NCBI GenBank assembly: GCA_017407755.1 | Contig: JAFQVY010000015.1 | Span: forward strand, 6,135 to 70,134 | Direction: 5' to 3' | Source: Clostridia bacterium | Lineage (GTDB): Bacteria; Bacillota; Clostridia; Oscillospirales; Acutalibacteraceae | Length of the DNA stretch: 64,000 nt | Translations under genes and position numbers: made by a program | Notes under the pieces: generated by a model | Database searches by the model: none | Told to the model about the DNA's origin: nothing | Seen by the model: the letters and a program-made list of their open reading frames with translations, nothing else | Shown here: positions 46,467 through 54,965 of the stretch, piece by piece | How positions within the stretch are numbered: the stretch's first letter is position 1 | Layout of the letters: each line of letters begins with the position of its first letter

Positions 46467-46470
46467 CAGA

Positions 46471-47217
46471 TTAGTCCTGCTTCATTTTAATGTTAAAAAT
46501 TATAACCGCCACTGCCCCAATCACCAAAGCGTAGCCTGCTACCCATAAAAGCTCAGGCACAATGCTCAGGTATTCGCCCGAAAGCGCAAACCTGCCTGCA
46601 TTTACCGCGTGTACAAAAGGAAAAAGGTTGGCAATTTTCTCAAATGTACCGCCTACAAGGGAAAGGTCAAACCAAGTGCCCGATAGCCACGCCGAAAGAT
46701 TTGTAAGCAAAGCACCGCACACCCCTCCTACTATTTTATCATTAAAAACCGTTCCGCACAAGAGACCGATAGAAATAAAAAGCAATGCTACAGGGATATT
46801 TACCGCTACAGCAAGCAAAACATTTAGAGAAAACTTAAGAGAAAGCGCAAAAGCCGCCAAATAGCATATTACAGTCTGCAAAAGCGAAACAGGTATCAAC
46901 GGCAAAGTATAGCCAATAAGATATTGAGAAGGCTTTAAGGGCGAAGTAAAAAGCCTTAAGATAAAGCTTGTGCACCTGTCTTTAGAGACAATTGTTGCTG
47001 TAAAAAGAGAAATAAAGCTTAAGCCGAAAACAGAAACTCCGGGTGTCAGATTATTAATTTCAAACAGAGTCATCTGCGCCTGTGGGGGAATGCTTCTGTC
47101 TATAGCCGATAAAAGTATTAAAAGCACTAAAGGAAACAAAACGCCGAAAACAAGAGTTAAAATGTCCCTCATAATTTCCTTTGTGTTTCTCAGTGCAAAA
47201 ACCAACGACCTGCTCAC
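46471..47217 (-). CDS. ABC-2 type transporter permease
   Basis: 248 aa, six TM helices, 4-nt overlap with the upstream ATPase. Confidence 0.8.
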   Translation of the reverse strand: MSRSLVFALRNTKEIMRDILTLVFGVLFPLVLLILLSAIDRSIPPQAQMTLFEINNLTPGVSVFGLSFISLFTATIVSKDRCTSFILRLFTSPLKPSQYLIGYTLPLIPVSLLQTVICYLAAFALSLKFSLNVLLAVAVNIPVALLFISIGLLCGTVFNDKIVGGVCGALLTNLSAWLSGTWFDLSLVGGTFEKIANLFPFVHAVNAGRFALSGEYLSIVPELLWVAGYALVIGAVAVIIFNIKMKQD

Positions 47218-47945
47218 AACTGCACCTCGCTTTCTGCAAGCTTTACAAAAGCTTCTTCAAAACTTTCTGTACCTGCTTTTTTCTTAAGCTCCTGTGCACT
47301 GCCCTGTGCCTTAAGCACACCCTTTGACATAATTCCTATTCTGTCAGAAAGTGCTTCGGCTTCTTCAAGATAATGGGTTGTAAGGATAACCGTAATGCTC
47401 CCCTTGAGCGAATCTATAAGCCTCCAAAGCTCTCTTCGGGCAAAAACATCAAGACCCAAGGTAGGCTCGTCAAGAAAAAGCACCTTCGGCTGGCTTATAA
47501 GAGACATAGCAATGCTAAGCCTTCTTTGCCAACCTCCCGAAAGGGTCTTGGCACGGCTTTTTTCAATTTCAGCCATATTAAAATCTTTAATCATTTTATC
47601 GGCTTTTTTCTTTGCTTCTTTTCTTGAAAATCCGAAAATTCCTGCAATAAACTCAAGGTTTTCTCTTACGGTAAGATTCGGTGCAACCGAGGTTTCCTGA
47701 GGCGAAATACTTATAAGCTGCTTAACCTCGGTTTCATCATCGGCAATGCTTTTGCCCATAAGCCAAGCTTTACCCGCCGTAGGCTTAACAAGGCAGGAAA
47801 GCAGTTTTATGGTGGTGGTTTTTCCTGCTCCGTTTACACCCAAAAGGGCATACACCTCGCCGCAGTTTATTTTCAGGTCAAGGTTATCCACCACCGTTTT
47901 GTCTTTATATTTCTTTGTGAGCTTTTCTGTTTTTATAGCATACAT
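47214..47945 (-). CDS. ABC transporter ATP-binding protein
   Basis: GVNGAGKTTT, LSGGWQRRLSIA and LFLDEPTLGLD motifs. Confidence 0.93.
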   Translation of the reverse strand: MYAIKTEKLTKKYKDKTVVDNLDLKINCGEVYALLGVNGAGKTTTIKLLSCLVKPTAGKAWLMGKSIADDETEVKQLISISPQETSVAPNLTVRENLEFIAGIFGFSRKEAKKKADKMIKDFNMAEIEKSRAKTLSGGWQRRLSIAMSLISQPKVLFLDEPTLGLDVFARRELWRLIDSLKGSITVILTTHYLEEAEALSDRIGIMSKGVLKAQGSAQELKKKAGTESFEEAFVKLAESEVQL

Positions 47946-47956
47946 TTAAATACTCC

Positions 47957-48361
47957 TCATTTTACAAAATGCAAGTCGGACAATCCGTTGATTTTTGCAA
48001 ATGCCATTCCTCGGCTGTCGCCCACCACAAGAAGCTTATCCCCCGAACTGATTTCGTAAACGGTTCGCGCTTGCTTAGGAATTACAACCTGACCTCTTTC
48101 CCCCACCTTTACAATGCCGAAAACATATTTTCCGTCAGAGGAATTTTCGTCGACTTCCTGCTCATCAAAAGGACAATTTACAAGAGCATCAATAGAAACG
48201 CCGTAAACCTGAGAAAGCTCAGAGCACTTTTTAATATCGGGCAAAGATTCTCCGTTTTCCCACTTGGCGACGCTTTGGCGTGAAACGCCGATTTTCTCCG
48301 CAAGCTCCTCCTGAGAAAAGCCAAACTTACCTCTTAAAAATTTTAAATTCATACTTATCAT
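47957..48361 (-). CDS. XRE HTH fused to an AbrB/SpoVT-type swapped-hairpin domain
   Basis: N-terminal LKFLRGKFGFSQEELAEKIGVSRQSVAKWENG. C-terminal VKVGERGQVVIPKQARTVYEISSGDKLLVVGD. The start was trimmed to 48361, with a GAAGGTGAG RBS. Confidence 0.8.
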   Translation of the reverse strand: MISMNLKFLRGKFGFSQEELAEKIGVSRQSVAKWENGESLPDIKKCSELSQVYGVSIDALVNCPFDEQEVDENSSDGKYVFGIVKVGERGQVVIPKQARTVYEISSGDKLLVVGDSRGMAFAKINGLSDLHFVK

Positions 48362-48491
48362 ATTTTTCTCACCTTCGATTTTTATTTTATCACGGTATAA
48401 TCTTCCTATCAAGCAATCATACTTTACAACACTTGTTAAATTTAGTAGCAAAAATAAAAGCACTGCGAAAATGCAATGCTTTAAGTTAATG

Positions 48492-48848
48492 TTAAGCGGG
48501 CACAAAGGGAAGCTCTATAACCTCAGACAGAGTTGTCTGAACTTGTGTCTCGCTCTCGTTTTCTGTTGTATCTGCAACTGACTCAGTACCTTCAACTGCA
48601 TTAGTTTCCTCAGCTTGTTGAGAAGGTGCCGTCATAATTTCAAGGTCGTCCTCGTCTTTCTCAAGCACAACAGTACTTGGATTAGTCAAGTCTTCCTGCT
48701 CCGATGGATTTTCTTCCTCGTAAGACTCAGCCTGTGTTGAGGTTATGTTTTGGGTTTCAATGGGCTCTTGGGTTTCATTACAAGCGCAAAGCCACAGCAT
48801 AAAAATCACCAAAGCCGCTATTAATGTAAGCCTTATTTTAATATTCAT
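48492..48848 (-). CDS. Small acidic secreted protein or probable lipoprotein ending in ELPFVPA
   Basis: Hydrophobic N-terminus with an LCAC lipobox-like site, an E/T/Q-rich low-complexity body, and a C-terminal SEVIELPFVPA. RBS GGAG 6-8 nt upstream. Confidence 0.65.
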   Translation of the reverse strand: MNIKIRLTLIAALVIFMLWLCACNETQEPIETQNITSTQAESYEEENPSEQEDLTNPSTVVLEKDEDDLEIMTAPSQQAEETNAVEGTESVADTTENESETQVQTTLSEVIELPFVPA

Positions 48849-48874
48849 AAAAATCACTCCGTAAAAACATTATT

Positions 48875-49606
48875 TTATTTTGCAGGCACAAAAGGAAGTT
48901 CAATGGGCTTGTTAGGGTCAACAGTTGTACCCATTGTAGTTTCTTCTGAAGGCTCAGTAGCCGCTGAAGTTTCAGTAGTAATCTGTGTAGGCACCTCAGT
49001 AGGGTCAGTCGGCAAGGAGGATACAGGCTCAGTAGCCGATGTAGTCTCAGTAGGAATCTGTGAAGTTGCCTCTGTAGGGTCTGTCGGTAATGTTAAAACG
49101 GATTCAGCAGGAACTGAAACCTCTGTCGGCTCTGTCTTTATGCTTTCGCTTATGGCAACCGTTGTAATCATTTCAGCAGGGTCAGTTGCCGTTGTTTTTG
49201 TTGCACAGGTAGCAAAAGACGAAACAACACTTTGGGTTGCTTCTTCGGTTAAATCCGATGAAGCAATAGACTCAGGCTGAGTGCTTGCGGTGTAAGCGGT
49301 AGTAGGCACTGTCTCCGCTTCAGCCATAAAAAGCTCCTTAACAAGCCCTGCAAGCCATTTTTGCAAATGAGTAACATCTTTTATGCTAACGCCCTTTTTG
49401 CCGTCAACGTCTGATAATAAAAGCTGTGACTGAGAAAGGGTATTAAGCTTTGCAAGGTGCTTTTGTATAAGGGTGGCGTCCTTAATATTCACCTTTAAGT
49501 CTCCGTTAACGTCTCCTGCCATAGGCTGAGCGTCTGCAATTACAACTATAGCGGTTGAAGCTATAATCAATACTGCCAAAAAGGCAGATATTATCTTTCT
49601 GATCAT
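48875..49606 (-). CDS. Secreted protein with N-terminal dockerin, T/E/P-rich repeat linker and C-terminal ELPFVPAK
   Basis: Signal peptide, then GDVNGDLKVNIKDATLIQKHLA...DVDGKKGVSIKDVTHLQKWLAG. An internal duplicate LPTDPTEATSQIPTETTSATEP / LPTDPTEVPTQITTETSAATEP follows. The protein ends PIELPFVPAK. Confidence 0.8.
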   Translation of the reverse strand: MIRKIISAFLAVLIIASTAIVVIADAQPMAGDVNGDLKVNIKDATLIQKHLAKLNTLSQSQLLLSDVDGKKGVSIKDVTHLQKWLAGLVKELFMAEAETVPTTAYTASTQPESIASSDLTEEATQSVVSSFATCATKTTATDPAEMITTVAISESIKTEPTEVSVPAESVLTLPTDPTEATSQIPTETTSATEPVSSLPTDPTEVPTQITTETSAATEPSEETTMGTTVDPNKPIELPFVPAK

Positions 49607-49610
49607 ACAC

Positions 49611-49829
49611 TCACTGTCCTTTTTTACTGTAAGCTTCTTTAAAAGGCACTACTCTGCCGTCTGATTCCTTAACGCTTACGTTATCAAGAGTTTTTGAAAA
49701 CTGGCCTCTGATTTCGGCAAGATACTTTTTGTAAAGCTCTTTTTGCTCCAAAGCTTCAACTTCTGTTAAACCCTCAGTCTTTTTCTTTTTCGCAAGCTCG
49801 TTTATACGCTCAATCATTTTTTTGTCCAT
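49611..49829 (-). CDS. DUF896/UPF0291 (YnzC-like) small protein
   Basis: MIERINELAKKKKTEGLTEVEALEQKELYKKYLAEIRGQF pattern. Confidence 0.8.
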   Translation of the reverse strand: MDKKMIERINELAKKKKTEGLTEVEALEQKELYKKYLAEIRGQFSKTLDNVSVKESDGRVVPFKEAYSKKGQ

Positions 49830-49933
49830 AAAAATCACCATCTATATAATATCATAATTTTAATCTATTTCAAGACATTGAATTACTTTTTAAACTGTGA
49901 TATCATAAAACCATACTTTCGGGAGGATATTTT

Positions 49934-51652
49934 ATGAACAGAGAAGATTTCAGCCTATTTACCCCACAGGGCGTAAATGCCACATATAAGACCCTTAGCA
50001 AAGAAGCCTTAAACGACCTTTCTGTTGACTATATTTGCGAAGCACTTACCAAAGACCCCTATGAGCTTAATATTATAAAAGGCTTTCTTTCAACCATTAC
50101 CGACAACGAGGAAGTCATTAAATACAGGCGTGATATTTTTGAGGATTTTCTCAATTTTCCCAATCTCAGAGACGACCTTACTGCCCTGATTTTAAAGCTT
50201 AAGGACTTAAGAGAAATAGAAAGATTTCAGAAAGACACCGAAGCTTCTTCTCTCTGGCAGCTTATAAACCGCCTTCGTGAGCTTGACGGCTATGTTGACT
50301 GCATTACCGCCATTAAAAAAACTCTGGAAGAAACCGATGTAAAATCCGCAGGTCTTCTCAAACTAAAGGAAATGGTACAGTCTATTTACCGTGATAACGG
50401 CTTTACTGAGCTAAAGGCTGATATTACCGAAATGTTTTCTATGGTCAGAGATATAAAAAGCATTACCCTTGGCGTTAATCTTGACTCACTGCTTCGCCCA
50501 AAAACCGTTGGCGTAATTTCTATTAACGACAAAGCCTTTACTGACAGCGGACTTCTGAAAAAATTTATGAACTTTGCTTCAAACCAAAGCGAGCTTAACC
50601 ACGGCACAGAGGTTTCAACGTTTACCCATTTTCACCCTGCAAATCCCTCTACCGTTTCCTTTGGCTTAGGCACCTCGGTAACGGGCGCACAAAATGACCT
50701 TAACCACTTCGAAAACTCCTCTCTCACAGGGGCTGACCCTATGTCGGATGCACTAAAAAAGGTTGTAACCGACATATTAAAGCGTACAGTAAACAACCTT
50801 AAATCCACCCTTAATAAATACGTGGGCAACAGCGGATACACCTTTATTACCCTGATGCCCGAAATCACATTTTATATCCGTTTTTCAGAGCTTTGCGACA
50901 AAATAATAGCAAAGGGATTTACTCTTTCAAAGGCAGATATTTTAAATAAGAGTGACCGCCTTACAACAGCAAAAGGAATTTACAACATAAAGCTTGCCAT
51001 AAAATCCTTACAGGGCGAAGAATGCACCGAGGCAAAAGACATAATCACAAACGACTTTAAATTTGACAGCAGCGCCAGAATTTATATTCTTACAGGGCCT
51101 AACCGCGGCGGAAAAACCACCATTACTCAGGCTGTAGGTCTTGCATTTTTGCTTGCTCAAAATGGCATTTACGTTCCTGCAAATGAAATGAGTATAAGTC
51201 CTGCCGATAACATCTTCACCCACTTCCCCGCTGATGAAAACGACACCGTTGACTTAGGACGTCTTGGCGAGGAAAGCAAGCGTCTTTCGGAAATTTTCAC
51301 CTCTGCTACCAAAGGAAGCTTGCTGCTTTTAAACGAAAGCCTTGCAACTACCAATGTTTCAGAGGGTCTTTACATTGCAAAGGATGTTATTAAAGCTATG
51401 CGTTATTTAGGCGTACGCTCGATTTTTAACACCCACATGCACGACCTTGCACGAAACCTTGAGGAAATCAACAGCACCATAGAAGGCGACAGCAAAATCG
51501 AAAGTATGGTTACAGGAGTTGAAAACGGCAAACGCTCCTTTAAAATTTTCATTGCTCCCCCGCAGGGTGTCAGCTACGCCAAGGATATCGCCGTAAAATA
51601 CGGCGTAACCTTTGAAAAAATCAAAGAAGAAATTGATTTAAGAAAAGCCTGA
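49934..51652 (+). CDS. MutS-related ATPase (domain V only, no mismatch-binding or Smr domain)
   Basis: LTGPNRGGKTT Walker A, a MutS-like helical core, LLLLNESLATTN in the Walker B position, and FNTHMHDL. Confidence 0.8.
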   Translation: MNREDFSLFTPQGVNATYKTLSKEALNDLSVDYICEALTKDPYELNIIKGFLSTITDNEEVIKYRRDIFEDFLNFPNLRDDLTALILKLKDLREIERFQKDTEASSLWQLINRLRELDGYVDCITAIKKTLEETDVKSAGLLKLKEMVQSIYRDNGFTELKADITEMFSMVRDIKSITLGVNLDSLLRPKTVGVISINDKAFTDSGLLKKFMNFASNQSELNHGTEVSTFTHFHPANPSTVSFGLGTSVTGAQNDLNHFENSSLTGADPMSDALKKVVTDILKRTVNNLKSTLNKYVGNSGYTFITLMPEITFYIRFSELCDKIIAKGFTLSKADILNKSDRLTTAKGIYNIKLAIKSLQGEECTEAKDIITNDFKFDSSARIYILTGPNRGGKTTITQAVGLAFLLAQNGIYVPANEMSISPADNIFTHFPADENDTVDLGRLGEESKRLSEIFTSATKGSLLLLNESLATTNVSEGLYIAKDVIKAMRYLGVRSIFNTHMHDLARNLEEINSTIEGDSKIESMVTGVENGKRSFKIFIAPPQGVSYAKDIAVKYGVTFEKIKEEIDLRKA

Positions 51653-51684
51653 AAAAAGCCTTGCAGTTTTTCTGCAAGGCTTTT
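51653..51684. terminator. Bidirectional terminator
   Basis: GCCTTGCAG / TTTTT / CTGCAAGGC flanked by A/T runs. Confidence 0.8.
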
Positions 51685-51686
51685 AG

Positions 51687-52040
51687 TTATCTGATTTTTT
51701 CCTGCCACTGAGCCTCTTTAAAGCCAATAAGCACAAATCTGTCGGAAATCAGCAAGGGCCTTTTTACAAGCATTCCGTCACTTGAAAGGAGCTTAAGCAT
51801 TTCTTCGTCGCTCATAGAGGGTAGCTTATCCTTAAGCTCTAAAGAGCGGTACAAAAGCCCGCTGGTGTTAAAGAATTTTCGAAGAGACTCACCGCTTAAG
51901 CTGTGCCAAGCCTTTAGCTCCTCGAAGGTTGGGTTATTCTCTTTAATATCTCTGAATACGTATTCAATTTTATTATCCTTAAGCCACTTCTCTGCCTTTT
52001 TGCAGGTGGTGCACTTAGGGTAGCATAAAAAAGTAAGCAT
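51687..52040 (-). CDS. ArsC/Spx-family (YffB-like) thioredoxin-fold protein
   Basis: MLTFLCYPKCTTCKKAEKWLKDNKIEYVFRDI. The start was trimmed to 52040, with GGAGG 6 nt upstream. Confidence 0.8.
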   Translation of the reverse strand: MLTFLCYPKCTTCKKAEKWLKDNKIEYVFRDIKENNPTFEELKAWHSLSGESLRKFFNTSGLLYRSLELKDKLPSMSDEEMLKLLSSDGMLVKRPLLISDRFVLIGFKEAQWQEKIR

Positions 52041-52169
52041 ATAAAACCTCCTGTGATTTTTTGTTTTTATTTTATCACAGAAACATTTTTCTTTCAATGC
52101 AAAATTGTTTATTGACTTTGAGGAAAAAAAGGACTAAAATTATAAAACAGCGGTAGAATTTTCAATTTT

Positions 52170-52350
52170 GCCACATAATATTACTTTAGAGAGGTGAGAG
52201 TTAATGGACGCAGGAAGTAGTACCGGCACGGTTCCCGGGCGAAGTTGCAGTAAAAATTTTGCAGATTTTTCTGCGTTTATTAACTTTACTGCAATATAAA
52301 CTGAGGGAAAAGTGTCTTTTACTTCCGCCTATTACTTTTAGGAGGAAACA
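52170..52350 (+). promoter_or_regulatory. Structured mgtE 5' leader (possible M-box-type Mg2+ riboswitch acting on the RBS)
   Basis: Long-range helices are GGAAGTA (52213-52219) with TACTTCC (52320-52326), and TTGCAGTAAA (52245-52254) with TTTACTGCAA (52285-52294). An inner GCAG-ATTTTT-CTGC hairpin is present. TTCCGCCT (52323-52330) can pair with the RBS AGGAGGAA. A GGTGAG motif lies near the 5' end. Confidence 0.45.
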
Positions 52351-52353
52351 CTT

Positions 52354-53730
52354 ATGGAAAGGAACTTTGTAACTGTTGACATAACAATCAACAAGCTTCT
52401 TGACGACAAGAAGTACAAAACCCTCAGGGATATCCTTACCACAATGAACGCCTACGACATTGCCCAAATGTTCAGCGATATGCACGACTCCAAGATTCAG
52501 ATTCTTTTCAGAATGCTGCCTAAAGAGCTTGCGGCTGATGTTTTTGTTGAAATGGATGAGGATACCCAAGAGTTTTTGATTAAAGGCTTTTCTGACAGCG
52601 AGCTTAAAGAAGTTGTCGATGAGCTTTCCGCCGACGACGCGGTTGACATTATAGAGGAAATGCCTGCAAATGTTGTTAAGCGAATTCTCAGGCAGGCAGA
52701 TGCTGAGACAAGAAAACAGATTAACGAGCTTTTAAAATACCCCGACGACAGTGCAGGCTCCATTATGACAACGGAGTTTGTAAATCTTCGCCCCAGTATG
52801 ACGGTTGACCAGGCGATTCTTCGCATTCGCCGTACAGGTATCGATAAAGAAACCATCTACACCTGTTACGTTACCCGTGACGACTCAACCTTGGCAGGCG
52901 TTATTACCATCAAGGATATTTTGCTTGCCGACGAAGACGACTTAATCGAAAATCTTATGGAGGAAAACGTAATCTCCGTAGGAACCTTAGACGACCAGGA
53001 GCAGGTTGCCCAGATTGTTAGAAATTACGACTTTATGGCTGTTCCTGTTGTTGACACCGAAAACCGCCTTGTGGGTATCGTTACCTTTGACGACGCGGTT
53101 GACGTTATGGAAGAAGAAACCACCGAGGATATCCAGAAAATGGCGGCTATTACATCTTCTGACAAACCATATACACGAATCGGTGTTTTTGAAACCTGGT
53201 GGCATCGCTTTCCTTGGTTATTATTGCTTATGATTTCTGCCACATTTACGGGCATAATAATCACAGGCTTTGAAGACAAGTTGGCGGCGTCTCTGGTGCT
53301 TACAGCGTATATTCCTATGCTGATGGGCACAGCCGGTAACGCGGGCAGTCAGTCCTCGGTTACCGTTATCCGTGCTCTTTCCCTTGAAGAAATTGAGTTT
53401 AAAGACCTTTTGTGGGTTATTTTTAAAGAATGCAGGGTCTCCATTATTTGCGGTATAACCCTTGCGGTTGTTAATTTCGGCAAAATGCTTCTGGTTGACA
53501 ACCTTATTTTTCATAACCCCGATGTAACGCCGACAGTTGCCCTTGTCGTAAGCCTTACAATTCTTATTGTAGTTATTGTGGCAAAAATCGTCGGCTGCTC
53601 TTTGCCGATGGTGGCAAAGAAAATCGGCATGGACCCTGCCGTTATGGCAAGTCCTTTTATTACAACTATAGTTGACACCGTTTCACTTTTGGTATTCTTT
53701 GCAATTGCCACTCAGATACTCAATATTTGA
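52354..53730 (+). CDS. mgtE: Magnesium transporter MgtE
   Basis: MgtE N-domain, two CBS domains, and a C-terminal 5-TM channel with the GTAGNAGSQS motif. Confidence 0.95.
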   Translation: MERNFVTVDITINKLLDDKKYKTLRDILTTMNAYDIAQMFSDMHDSKIQILFRMLPKELAADVFVEMDEDTQEFLIKGFSDSELKEVVDELSADDAVDIIEEMPANVVKRILRQADAETRKQINELLKYPDDSAGSIMTTEFVNLRPSMTVDQAILRIRRTGIDKETIYTCYVTRDDSTLAGVITIKDILLADEDDLIENLMEENVISVGTLDDQEQVAQIVRNYDFMAVPVVDTENRLVGIVTFDDAVDVMEEETTEDIQKMAAITSSDKPYTRIGVFETWWHRFPWLLLLMISATFTGIIITGFEDKLAASLVLTAYIPMLMGTAGNAGSQSSVTVIRALSLEEIEFKDLLWVIFKECRVSIICGITLAVVNFGKMLLVDNLIFHNPDVTPTVALVVSLTILIVVIVAKIVGCSLPMVAKKIGMDPAVMASPFITTIVDTVSLLVFFAIATQILNI

Positions 53731-53743
53731 GAGGGTCGTCAGC

Positions 53744-54928
53744 TTGAAAAAAAGATTTATTTCGCTTTTTATCGCCACAGCGGCCATTATTTCGGCTTGC
53801 TGTGGCATTTTTTATGTCCAAAATCAGGCTACAGAAACAGCAGTTTACACCGAAAAAGACGGCGAAAGCTTTTCCTTCAGCCTTGATATTGCCAAAAAAA
53901 GTCTTCGGCTTTGCTCTTTGGCAGGCTATGCTGCTTCTATTAGTGCAAGACTTGAAAACGTTGGCTTTTGTGATGTGGAGTTTTTTCAGTATGAAAACAT
54001 GAATAAGTCCGACAACAAAGCAGGACTCGTGCTTGCTTTTAAGGGTGAAACTTTACTGGCAGTTATAAGGGGTACAAAAGACGAAGAATGGTACTCTAAC
54101 TTTTATATCGGTGACGGAAGCGAGCATGCAGGCTTTTCAAAAGCCGCTGACCTTGTTATAAAAAACATTGAGGACTATTCAGCACGTCACAGCCTTGACC
54201 CAAAAAACACCACCCTTTTTTTAACAGGCCATTCACGAGGTGCGGCGGTTGCAAATTTAACCGCCGCCAGATTTATTGACAAGAAAGGCTTTAAAGACAT
54301 TTCTGCCTACACCTTTGCCTGCCCTAACACAACTATGCTTGAAAAGGCTCAGTCAAAGGATTACGAGAGTATTATAAACATCATAAATCCTCAGGATTTT
54401 ATATGCTATATTCCTTTGCCTCAGTGGGGATATACCCGATACGGCCAAAGCATCGAACTGCCCGATTTTGACACCGATAATTTTGATACACTTTATAACA
54501 ATATGAAAAAATCCTACCGTGCCGACACAGCTTCAGAACTTAAGGATTTTCCTCATAAAAGCAAGGATGTAGAAAGCATTATAAGTTACCTTTCAATTCT
54601 TGCCCCAACTCCTGAGGATTACTACGAAAAAGAAATTGCCGTGGGAGGCTTTCGCCTTACAATGCAGGATTATATGATGAAATTGGCGGCAGTTATGAGC
54701 GGCGAAAATCCTCTTTTGCACGGACTTTTTATGCTTAGCTGCAAGGCTATTCCTGAGGTGTGCCCCATAACAGAGTTTGTGTTCAGCGGCATTAAAGAGT
54801 CTCAGATTATGTCTGACCCAACCCTTACCAAAACTCCTGTGGTGGTAAATCACATGCATGAGGCTTATTTTGCATGGCTTAACACCCTTGAGGAAGGCTA
54901 CTTTAGCGCAAGAATTAATAATTACTGA
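53744..54928 (+). CDS. Class 3 lipase-family alpha/beta hydrolase, membrane-anchored or secreted
   Basis: TTG start after a GAGAGGG RBS, an N-terminal hydrophobic segment, and the nucleophile elbow GHSRGAAVA. Confidence 0.75.
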   Translation: MKKRFISLFIATAAIISACCGIFYVQNQATETAVYTEKDGESFSFSLDIAKKSLRLCSLAGYAASISARLENVGFCDVEFFQYENMNKSDNKAGLVLAFKGETLLAVIRGTKDEEWYSNFYIGDGSEHAGFSKAADLVIKNIEDYSARHSLDPKNTTLFLTGHSRGAAVANLTAARFIDKKGFKDISAYTFACPNTTMLEKAQSKDYESIINIINPQDFICYIPLPQWGYTRYGQSIELPDFDTDNFDTLYNNMKKSYRADTASELKDFPHKSKDVESIISYLSILAPTPEDYYEKEIAVGGFRLTMQDYMMKLAAVMSGENPLLHGLFMLSCKAIPEVCPITEFVFSGIKESQIMSDPTLTKTPVVVNHMHEAYFAWLNTLEEGYFSARINNY

Positions 54929-54965
54929 AATCTGTGAAATGATAAAACAGAAAGGTCGGATTATT

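Noticed and set aside
48492-49606. ELPFVPA as a sortase (LPxTG-like) sorting signal for the class B sortase at 57066
   Set aside because: The motif is at the very C-terminus with no following hydrophobic helix or basic tail, and it lacks the Thr-Gly scissile pair. It is therefore kept only as an unexplained conserved C-terminal motif.
52201-52569. 122-aa minus-strand ORF overlapping the mgtE leader and start
   Set aside because: It overlaps the well-supported mgtE CDS and a structured leader, has no RBS, and its translation is not protein-like.
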